From Candidatus Iainarchaeum sp. (GTDB lineage Archaea; Iainarchaeota; Iainarchaeia; Iainarchaeales; 0-14-0-20-34-12): DNA of 32,000 nucleotides. Made by a program: the position numbers and the translations under genes. Every line of letters begins with the position of its first letter. Positions within the stretch are counted from its first letter, which is position 1. The notes beneath the pieces were generated by a model that was given only the letters and a program-made list of their open reading frames with translations, did no database searches and was not told the DNA's origin. The stretch covers positions 21,533 to 53,532 of the forward strand of contig JAUSKK010000008.1 in assembly GCA_030649345.1 (NCBI GenBank). Reading direction: 5' to 3'. Of the stretch, positions 24,045-31,417 are shown piece by piece.

Positions 24045-24626
24045 TTATTTTCTTTTTTTTAACATTTCTAAATCAAAATCAGTGATTCCTTTTTCAATTT
24101 CTCTAAATATTTCAGCCGATGTTAAATCTTGTTCAATTCCTTCTTCAATTGCTGAATGAACTATGGACAAGACTCGCGTACTCAATTTTTTTTCACCAGA
24201 AATGGTTTGAACCAATTCAGGGTATTTTTCTGCAAGTCCTAGTGTTTCTACTCTAGCTAGACTAATTGCATGTTCACCTATTTCAGTCATTCTTTTAAAA
24301 TAATTTGCTGCGTGTGTTGTGCCTAACATTTTTTGAGCGATTCCAAATTGTCTTAATCGTTCGCTTGTAGGTTTACTGAAATCTAAAAATGCATGAATTG
24401 CACGATAAGCAGTTGTTTTTTGAGTTTGATTTAAAGAAATTTTATATTTTTGAATCGCGCGATTGAATGCTCCAACAACTAATTTGGTTCCAGCATATCG
24501 AACTATTTTTTGTTCAAAAATTGCTGGTTCAGCTCTATGTCTGCGTTGAAGTCTTCGATCTTTTTTCCCACGCAATCGTACTTCATACAAGCGTTTCGCT
24601 GAACGAACAAAAGCATTTTTTGGCAT
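24045..24626 (-). CDS. Basic-N-terminus helical protein, paralog family member G (unknown function)
   Basis: MPKNAFVRSAKRLYEVRLRGKKDRRLQRRHR... Shares K-x-A-[MF]-V-R-[ST]-x-K-R-L with member A. Contains NRAIQKYKISLNQTQKTTAYRAIHAFLDF. Confidence 0.7.
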   Translation of the reverse strand: MPKNAFVRSAKRLYEVRLRGKKDRRLQRRHRAEPAIFEQKIVRYAGTKLVVGAFNRAIQKYKISLNQTQKTTAYRAIHAFLDFSKPTSERLRQFGIAQKMLGTTHAANYFKRMTEIGEHAISLARVETLGLAEKYPELVQTISGEKKLSTRVLSIVHSAIEEGIEQDLTSAEIFREIEKGITDFDLEMLKKRK

Positions 24627-24655
24627 AGTTTCAGTTATTTTTTTATTTTAATTAT

Positions 24656-25060
24656 CTATTTTTTCTTTTTACTTTTGCTTTCTTCCATTACTGGAACTGA
24701 AACTCTTACGCTAGTATACAAACCATAACCAAACATTAAGATTGCAATCCAGATGAATAAGAATGCTACATCGGGTGCAACTGCACTATACATTTGTCTT
24801 ATGCCTAGTTTGCTTTGATCTGGTCTAAAATATACATTCATAGAATCTTGAGCAATTTGCTGACAGGTTCCTATAAAAGTTAAGTCATTGCCTGCACTGA
24901 TAATACAATTGTTGACTACTTTTACATTTTCCCATGTTTCAAACATTCTAACTCCTGCTTGAAAAAACATTAATAGTCCAGCAAAAAATAAAAATGCACC
25001 CAGCATTCGAACCAATTGCAAAGTTTTCCCGCTTAAAGAATATGTTAACATTCGTTTCAT
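24656..25060 (-). CDS. Small membrane protein (2 TM), unknown function
   Basis: LVRMLGAFLFFAGLLMFF and VAFLFIWIAILMFGYGLY hydrophobic helices. 134 aa. Confidence 0.5.
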   Translation of the reverse strand: MKRMLTYSLSGKTLQLVRMLGAFLFFAGLLMFFQAGVRMFETWENVKVVNNCIISAGNDLTFIGTCQQIAQDSMNVYFRPDQSKLGIRQMYSAVAPDVAFLFIWIAILMFGYGLYTSVRVSVPVMEESKSKKKK

Positions 25061-25183
25061 ACATTCAACCTCGTAAATTACACTGATATACTGTGTATTT
25101 TGGGTCTATTTATTTGTTCCGAGTGCTGTTTTATTTAAAAAAACAACGCAATTTAACTTTTAATACACTTAAACTGCAGATTT

Positions 25184-25254
25184 TGAGCCCGTGGTTTAAT
25201 GGTAGAATGGCGCATTGACATTGCGTCGAAAGGAGTTCGATTCTCCTCGGGCTC
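25184..25254 (+). tRNA. tRNA-Val(GAC), no intron
   Basis: Hand fold: GAGCCCG/CGGGCTC acceptor, GCGCA-TTGACAT-TGCGT anticodon arm, AGGAG-TTCGATT-CTCCT T arm, discriminator A. No encoded CCA. Confidence 0.9.
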
Positions 25255-25377
25255 AACCGTAACCCAGTTGACGTGTTGTGGTGCGATTACACCTTGAGTG
25301 TAATGCACATTAAAACGTGTTCGTTTTAATTGTGCTTTCGTTACACTTCAGCACCACTGCCTTGATAGGTTGATTTT

Positions 25378-25743
25378 ATGTTAGTGAAATCGTTGAAAGA
25401 TTTACCGGAATTTACTGCCGGAGATAATTCTTTTTTGCGCGAAATTTTAAATTCCAATAAAGAAAAACTTTCAATAGGTTATTCTTTGGCTTGGTTTCGA
25501 GTTCTTCCAAAACATAAAACATGGCAACATGCTTTGGCTGCCAGTGAAGTGTATTACATTATTTCCGGAAAAGGAATCATGCATATTGACAAAGAATCTA
25601 AAGAAGTCCAAGCCAATGACACTGTGTACATTCCTCCGAATGCTTTGCAATGGATTGAAAATAGTTCAGAAACTGAAACTTTGGTTGCTTTATGTATTGT
25701 AGATCCTGCATGGAAACCTGAACTGGAAACTGTTTTAGAGTAA
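25378..25743 (+). CDS. Cupin-domain protein
   Basis: QHALAASEVYYIISGKGIMHIDKESKEVQANDTVYIPPNALQWIENSSETETLVALCI (cupin_2-like two-motif layout). Confidence 0.65.
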   Translation: MLVKSLKDLPEFTAGDNSFLREILNSNKEKLSIGYSLAWFRVLPKHKTWQHALAASEVYYIISGKGIMHIDKESKEVQANDTVYIPPNALQWIENSSETETLVALCIVDPAWKPELETVLE

Positions 25744-26268
25744 AATGTAAATTAATTGCACTAAACCCTGTTTGAATTTTTTAACCTTAATCAGTTTTAG
25801 TTTTTTCTGTTTTTGTTTTCCATTAAATAAAGGAATTCCATTTCCTAAAAAAACAGGAATGACTGTAATAATAAATTCATCAACCAAATTGTGTTTCAAA
25901 AATTCGTTTACAGTAAAAGCTCCTCCCACTAACCAAATAGGTTTTTGTTCTGTATGTTTTAATTTTTTTACAAACGAATTTACATTTCCTTTTACAAAAT
26001 TTACATTTTCGTGCTTGGGTCTTTGTTTGCTGTTGGTAAAAACAAAACATTTTTTTTCAGCAAACGGAAAAGACGAAAATCCCAAAGCTTGCCGGTAGGT
26101 AGTATTTCCTACCAAGACTGTGCCAATTTTTTTGTAAAATGTTTTGTACCCATAATCTTCGCTTTCATTTTCAAATGGCTTTAACCAGTCAATGGACCCA
26201 TTTTTTCGTGCAATAAATCCATCCAAACTCATGGCGATGTATAGAATAACTTTAGTTTTGGGTTTCAT
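25735..26268 (-). CDS. Dihydrofolate reductase-like protein (RibD C-terminal domain family)
   Basis: KVILYIAMSLDGFIARKNGSIDWL...VLVGNTTY...IWLVGGAFTVNEFLKHNLVDEFIITVIPVFLGNGIPLF. Confidence 0.75.
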   Translation of the reverse strand: MKPKTKVILYIAMSLDGFIARKNGSIDWLKPFENESEDYGYKTFYKKIGTVLVGNTTYRQALGFSSFPFAEKKCFVFTNSKQRPKHENVNFVKGNVNSFVKKLKHTEQKPIWLVGGAFTVNEFLKHNLVDEFIITVIPVFLGNGIPLFNGKQKQKKLKLIKVKKFKQGLVQLIYILL

Positions 26269-26350
26269 AAATTCACTGTAAGCATTGCAATTCCATTCTT
26301 TTAAAAGGATTTGTTTTCAAATAATTTATTATCCAGCGGATGTGGTTTAG

Positions 26351-27358
26351 TTAGATTGCAGTTTTTGCAATTGTGGCTTTTTGAGAAATGCAGGTGTGTT
26401 CTAATGGCATGAAACGACCTTGCCAAGGTCGAAGTCCGGGTCCGATTCCCGGCTCCTGCAAATACTTCTCAAAATTAATTTCTGCGTAATGAATGTCTTT
26501 GTGTCTTGGTACAATTCCTGTTTCTTTGTAAACTTGATATTTGTATAGGTGCTTTGGGTTATTGGGTTTTATTTTTTGAAAGAATTTGTCAATTTCGTTT
26601 CTGTCTAGAATCCAAATTTGTTCTTTTCCAATTTTTGCGTTAAATCCTAAATCTAAAAACATATTCCAAACTTCTTTCAAAAACACTGGATCGTGTGAGG
26701 TTATTTCAATTTGCGCGCTGTGTGTATGATGTCTGTGAAACCCACCGTCTGTGTCAAATAGTCCTCGCAGAAATGCTTTTTTGTATTCAGCTTGTTCATA
26801 AACTTGTTTTGGAATGTGCATTCTTCCTTTTTTATATCCAACCGGAATGCTAAATTCAAAAGCTAAATATTGATGTGCTTTTTTGGATGACAGATTGCAA
26901 TGCACTACATTTCGCTGGTATCGAAACCAAGGTTCTGCTTGAAACAAGTTTTTCATTAATTGTTTTACATGAGATTCAATATAGATTTTGTCTGAAACTA
27001 TTCCTTCTGAAATAATGATTCCATAATTCTCTGTTGTCAAACATCCATCTCCATATACTATTCCAAGGAATTCCGCTAGTTGTTCGGACATTGCAGGTAA
27101 GCTTACTTCATGTGTTCTAAACTTTAAAGTAACAAATTTTAATTTGTTTAAATTAACTGTAATATTTGCTTTTTGTATCAATTTTAATAAATTATTTTGA
27201 GGGATTTTTATAGTTCCTGAGTTATAAAACAAAACTGTTGATCGATTTACTTCTAAGAATTCAGATATTTGAGTCCAAGTCATTCCAATGTTTTGCTTTA
27301 TAGTTTGCAATAGTTTGTGTTGTTCTTCTTTTCCAATATTCAAATATGAGTTATCCAT
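26351..27358 (-). CDS. Free-standing double-motif LAGLIDADG endonuclease-like protein with an N-terminal HTH
   Basis: LAEFLGIVYGDGCL and AFLRGLFDTDGGF motifs. N-terminal TWTQISEFLEVNRSTV HTH-like segment. The last ~36 codons run antisense through the tRNA-like sequence at 26390-26460. Confidence 0.8.
   Translation of the reverse strand: MDNSYLNIGKEEQHKLLQTIKQNIGMTWTQISEFLEVNRSTVLFYNSGTIKIPQNNLLKLIQKANITVNLNKLKFVTLKFRTHEVSLPAMSEQLAEFLGIVYGDGCLTTENYGIIISEGIVSDKIYIESHVKQLMKNLFQAEPWFRYQRNVVHCNLSSKKAHQYLAFEFSIPVGYKKGRMHIPKQVYEQAEYKKAFLRGLFDTDGGFHRHHTHSAQIEITSHDPVFLKEVWNMFLDLGFNAKIGKEQIWILDRNEIDKFFQKIKPNNPKHLYKYQVYKETGIVPRHKDIHYAEINFEKYLQEPGIGPGLRPWQGRFMPLEHTCISQKATIAKTAI
26390..26460 (+). tRNA. 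tRNA-Gly(GCC)-like sequence (possibly functional, possibly degenerate)
   Basis: Hand fold: GCAGGTG/CTCCTGC acceptor (one U6-U67 mismatch), CGACC-TTGCCAA-GGTCG anticodon arm, CCGGG-TCCGATT-CCCGG T arm (C at position 55 instead of U), 3-bp D stem. Confidence 0.55.
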
Positions 27359-27548
27359 TCAATCCCTCTCTAAGTTGAAATAACTTGCATTTTTTTTGTT
27401 TATAAAGAATCTGAGACCCTGCAGTTCCTCTGTTTCCAATGAAATTCCTACTAGTGCATTCCAATACCTGTTGGCATTGAATGTTAACCGGAAACACCGG
27501 AAGTCTACTTCAAATTCTTTTTTAAACTCTCAATTCCTTTTACTGTAT

Positions 27549-28628
27549 ATGACTGAATTTTCAATGATTGAAGCTGCAGCTCGAACTATTATTGAATCTG
27601 AAAAAACGCGAAACAAACTGGTGCAGGAATTAATGCCTTTGCGCAAACAAGTTTTGCCCAGTTCTCCTGAACTCTTAGAATCTTCTTTAACTTTCAAACT
27701 TTCCAAAGCTGTTTTAAATCAAAAAATTGCAGCAGCAGACTCTGGTTTTTTGGGAAAAAACTTGCATGCTTTAGATTTGGTTGTTATTCGCACTGCAGGC
27801 ATTGTTTTCTATTATCAAGATAATAAAGTGCAAGCCTGTGAATATTTACCTAGCTTTTATCCGTTTCCTAAAATTGTAATCTTAAATGATCCTTTGCAAA
27901 GAGAAGAATTTGACTGCAATCAATCCTTGCATAGACTCAAAGAAGAAATTCAAATGTGCATTGATTTAATTCAAAAATTTTCTCCTCAATGCTGTTTGAT
28001 TGATGGAAGCATTGTTCCCCAGTATGCGGATAAGCCCAGAAATAATTCAAAGGCGCATTCGTTTTATTTAGAAGTCATTCAATTGTTTGAAAAATTATAC
28101 AAAATAGCTGAAGAAAACAATTGTGAATTGATTGCCTGTGTCGAAGATTCTCGCGGAAACAGATTTAATTCTATTTTAAGCCAAGAAATTTTAAACCAAG
28201 AAAATTCTTCTTTGAAAAACTTGTTTGATTCTGTTTTATTAAATTCTTTTTTAGCTGAAGGTGAACGAACTTTTGCATTCAAGTATGCTTCCAATTTCAA
28301 AGAACATCCCATATTGAATGACTTTAAACCAGAAAATGCGCACTCAATTTTTGCTTGCTATTTGAAACCCAGCGAGTACGATAAACCTTTACGCTTTGAA
28401 TTTTTGCATAAAACTGGAAATTTAACCGAACACACCAATCAAATTGCTTCCATTATTTTTGCTTTATCTAGTTTTCACCGCGAGTACGCTTTTCCCACTC
28501 CCTTAATTGAAGCTGATTTACGCGCTAGACTTAAACAAGAAGAAATGGATTTAATTTGCAACAAAATATTTGACAAGGTTGGAATGCAGTCCAAGTTTGC
28601 CATGCGCAGAAGCAACCGGCCATTTTAG
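27549..28628 (+). CDS. nurA: NurA-like 5'-3' nuclease, with no adjacent HerA
   Basis: IAAADSGFLG, CCLIDGSIVPQ and ACVEDSRGNRF fit the acidic NurA motifs. ATG at 27549 preferred; the upstream track extension from 27396 looks non-coding. Confidence 0.55.
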   Translation: MTEFSMIEAAARTIIESEKTRNKLVQELMPLRKQVLPSSPELLESSLTFKLSKAVLNQKIAAADSGFLGKNLHALDLVVIRTAGIVFYYQDNKVQACEYLPSFYPFPKIVILNDPLQREEFDCNQSLHRLKEEIQMCIDLIQKFSPQCCLIDGSIVPQYADKPRNNSKAHSFYLEVIQLFEKLYKIAEENNCELIACVEDSRGNRFNSILSQEILNQENSSLKNLFDSVLLNSFLAEGERTFAFKYASNFKEHPILNDFKPENAHSIFACYLKPSEYDKPLRFEFLHKTGNLTEHTNQIASIIFALSSFHREYAFPTPLIEADLRARLKQEEMDLICNKIFDKVGMQSKFAMRRSNRPF

Positions 28629-28689
28629 TCCAAAGTATTATAAGCACTTATTGCACTAATTTTAGTGTAAACAGTGCGGAGGTGAAGGA

Positions 28690-28932
28690 ATGAAGAATGT
28701 AACTTTAACTTTATCTATCTCTAGAGAATTAAAAGAAGAAATGACTGAAATTAAAGGAATTAATTGGAGTCAGGAAACACGGCAGTTTTTAGAAGAGCGA
28801 ATTAAGCGGTTAAGAGTTCTGCAAAAATTAGATGCTTTGACTAAGAATAGTTCTCTTACTGAAAAAGACGTTCTTGAATTGGGCCGAAAAATAAACCAAG
28901 GAATTGCGCGCAGGCATGCTTTCAAAAAATAA
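28690..28932 (+). CDS. Putative antitoxin (VapB/CopG-like) of the downstream PIN gene
   Basis: 80 aa with an N-terminal beta-strand-like VTLTLSISRELKEEM followed by helices. GGAGGTGAAGG SD upstream. Located 12 nt upstream of the PIN gene. Confidence 0.5.
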   Translation: MKNVTLTLSISRELKEEMTEIKGINWSQETRQFLEERIKRLRVLQKLDALTKNSSLTEKDVLELGRKINQGIARRHAFKK

Positions 28933-28944
28933 GAATGTGATTCT

Positions 28945-29370
28945 TTGCCTGAATTAAAACTTGTAGTTGATGCCAATGTAATTGTTTCTGCTTTATTGAA
29001 GAATGGTCAGACGCGTGAACTTTTGCTTTCCGGAAAATTTGAAAAGTTGGCTGTTCCTGATTTTATTCAAGAAGAGCTTTTCAAATATTTAGATGAATTT
29101 TCGAAAAGACTGGACTGTGAAAAGAAAGAACTTCAAGATACATTGGCTGAACTTTTTGAATCTGCCAAAATTGAAATTTTTCAATCTGAATTTTATTCAG
29201 ATTTTTCAACGAAAGCAAAGTCTTTAATTTCAGATTCTAAAGATACTGCTTACTTGGCTTTAGCGCTGAAATTGAATTATTCTATTTGGTCGCAAGACCC
29301 AGATTTTAAGGCTCAAAATGAAATCAAAATTTATACTACGCTTGATTTAATTAAGTTAATTTCAATTTAA
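28945..29370 (+). CDS. PIN-domain ribonuclease (VapC-like toxin)
   Basis: LVVDANVIVSALL N-terminal acidic motif, later DTAYLALALKL and SQDPDF. TTG start. Confidence 0.7.
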   Translation: MPELKLVVDANVIVSALLKNGQTRELLLSGKFEKLAVPDFIQEELFKYLDEFSKRLDCEKKELQDTLAELFESAKIEIFQSEFYSDFSTKAKSLISDSKDTAYLALALKLNYSIWSQDPDFKAQNEIKIYTTLDLIKLISI

Positions 29371-29403
29371 TCAATTTGTCCTGAGAAGAAGCAATCGGGT
29401 GTT

Positions 29404-30789
29404 TTAGTTTACTTTTTTCACAATTCCTTGGCTGGCATCTACTTGTACTAAGTCTCCGTCTTTGAATACTTTGGTGCCTTGTCCTGTTCCTACAATACAA
29501 GGTTTGTTCATTTCTCGGCTGACAATGGCTGCATGGCATAGTATTCCGCCTTCGTCTGTAACAATGGCTTTGGCCTTATGCATAACAGATACATAATCCG
29601 GATGGGTTGTAACTGCAATCAAAATATCTCCTTCGTGTACTTTATGCAAGTCATTGACTCCTTTCACAATTTTTGCAGTTCCTTCAACTATTCCCTGGCA
29701 AGCACTTAATCCTTTAACCTGAATAATTGGGCTCGTTGATATTCCTTGGAATTTGAATATTTTTTTCAATGTGGGAACAATTTTGTTTCCAGAAATTACC
29801 TGCGTTTTTTTGTTTTTTAAAAATATCAAGAATCCTTGCATGCGTTGTTCAATTTCGTATTGGTTTGGAACTTTTTTCTTTTTCAAAAAATCCACAATTT
29901 CTTGCTGAGTTAAATAGGAGAATTCATGTAAACTTAAATTCATTTCATCTGCGATCAATTTGAAAAATTTTCTGGCGAAGAAAATACTCTGTCTTCGAAA
30001 ATCATCTCGTGCATCTTTCAGGTAGCCTAGTTTTTTTGCTAAATGAATTGCCTTTAAATCGTTTTTAGAAATTTTTAATTCCTTAACTATTTGATCAAAA
30101 CTCACAGGCTGTGTTATCTTAGAGCTTTTTAAATTTTCTGCAAATGCACTAAATTCTGTGATGCTCCAAGGTGCATTGTGAATATCCAGACACGACATCC
30201 ATGAGTATTCTTCAAATAATTCTTCCAACTTTTGTTTGCTTGGTTTTTCCTTAAGTTTTTTTAGTTCTTCCTGCAAAATAATAATTTTGGCTTTCTGTGC
30301 CGGCCGCAGCAATTCAGTTGAGTATTGCATTACTTTTTTTTCTGGAATTTTTCGCATGTATTCATTTAAAATATTTGCAGTTTTTTTGGAAAAGAATTCA
30401 CTTCCAATATGTGCAATCCATAACACAGTTGCATATTCGATGGCAATCTTTTGATATTCTAAATAATCCTTTACTGTGTTTGAATTTATTTTTTTTAATT
30501 TTGCCAATTTTTTAGATACTGCAAGATATTCATTCCCTTTTTTGAAGAATATTTTAGAAAATTTCTCCAAACTTTTAGTGTCTTTGCAATGATTTTCAAT
30601 GATCGTGTCTTCAAATTGTTTCCAGTCAGCTAATTCTGCATAATATGCTTCATTGCTATTTTCTGGAGTAAAAAACTGTCTATGAACTGGTTGTGAAATC
30701 ATTCCATTTACCTTATTTGAAATGCATTTCAGTGCAATTTCTGTGTATTGAACACCGTATTCTCTAGAATAAAACTTTTTCCAATTCAT
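29404..30789 (-). CDS. Protein with a C-terminal PEP-utilising-enzyme mobile (phosphohistidine swivel) domain and an uncharacterised ~330 aa N-terminal region
   Basis: GLSACQGIVEGTAKIV...EGDILIAVTTHPDYVSVMHKAKAIVTDEGGILCHAAIVSREMNKPCIVG (swivel His in GGILCHAAIVSRE). Confidence 0.75.
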   Translation of the reverse strand: MNWKKFYSREYGVQYTEIALKCISNKVNGMISQPVHRQFFTPENSNEAYYAELADWKQFEDTIIENHCKDTKSLEKFSKIFFKKGNEYLAVSKKLAKLKKINSNTVKDYLEYQKIAIEYATVLWIAHIGSEFFSKKTANILNEYMRKIPEKKVMQYSTELLRPAQKAKIIILQEELKKLKEKPSKQKLEELFEEYSWMSCLDIHNAPWSITEFSAFAENLKSSKITQPVSFDQIVKELKISKNDLKAIHLAKKLGYLKDARDDFRRQSIFFARKFFKLIADEMNLSLHEFSYLTQQEIVDFLKKKKVPNQYEIEQRMQGFLIFLKNKKTQVISGNKIVPTLKKIFKFQGISTSPIIQVKGLSACQGIVEGTAKIVKGVNDLHKVHEGDILIAVTTHPDYVSVMHKAKAIVTDEGGILCHAAIVSREMNKPCIVGTGQGTKVFKDGDLVQVDASQGIVKKVN

Positions 30790-31385
30790 TTTTTTTCCCC
30801 TTTCAAACCAAGCAATTGTTCAGCATACAACTTTTTTTCTGGAAATCCCAATTCTTTTCGAATTAAAATAATTCTTTTCAAATATTCAGCTAATTTTTCT
30901 TTAGGCTTATTATCATAACCCTTATCGGTGTACAAAAAACAATCCAATACATCTGCATCTTTGGCTAATTCTACATACGGATTTTTTGAATAAATATGTT
31001 TGTCACTGTGTTGGGCAATGGCGTCTGAAATTAGCTTGATTTCTTGTGAAGAAAATTCTTTTGATATTTCCATCCATTCTCTTGCAATTTCACTGCCTTT
31101 CAATGCATGGTTTTCATATTTTCCAGTTAACACCACTGCTAAATCATGCAGGCAACCTATAATTTCTGCATATTCTATATTTAATCCTCGTTTTTCAGCT
31201 AAAATTCTAGCCATTTGTGCACAGGATGAGCTGTGTTTGAGTTCCCATTCAATTGAACTGTCCCGTTCTTTATTTGGAATTTTTGAATGTATTAATTCAA
31301 ACACCACACGAACCTGAAGTTTTTCCGAACGATTCAATGAATTTCCAATAAAATGATGATAGCTCATTATCTTGCCCCCATACAC
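30786..31385 (-). CDS. HD-domain phosphohydrolase
   Basis: HSSSCAQMARILA...IIGCLHDLAVV...DADVLD. Its TGA overlaps the ATG of the downstream swivel-domain gene (ATGA, 30786-30789). Confidence 0.75.
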   Translation of the reverse strand: MYGGKIMSYHHFIGNSLNRSEKLQVRVVFELIHSKIPNKERDSSIEWELKHSSSCAQMARILAEKRGLNIEYAEIIGCLHDLAVVLTGKYENHALKGSEIAREWMEISKEFSSQEIKLISDAIAQHSDKHIYSKNPYVELAKDADVLDCFLYTDKGYDNKPKEKLAEYLKRIILIRKELGFPEKKLYAEQLLGLKGEKK

Positions 31386-31417
31386 ATACTGAGTTAAGTA
31401 AGTTAATATTGTTCTTT

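Noticed and set aside
25772-26098. ORF 25772-26098(+), 108 aa
   Set aside because: It is antisense to the DHFR-like gene.
27396-27548. 5' extension of the NurA ORF from a TTG at 27396
   Set aside because: The extension (MFIKNLRPCSSSVSNEIPTSAF...) has no NurA similarity and covers the divergent promoter spacer. The ATG at 27549 is the plausible start.
28770-29539. ORFs 28770-28976(-) and 29351-29539(-)
   Set aside because: They are shadow or alternative-frame ORFs over the antitoxin/PIN genes and the swivel-domain gene.
29769-31317. Plus-strand ORFs 29769-29963, 30236-30454, 30297-30515 and 31000-31317
   Set aside because: They are antisense to the swivel-domain and HD genes.
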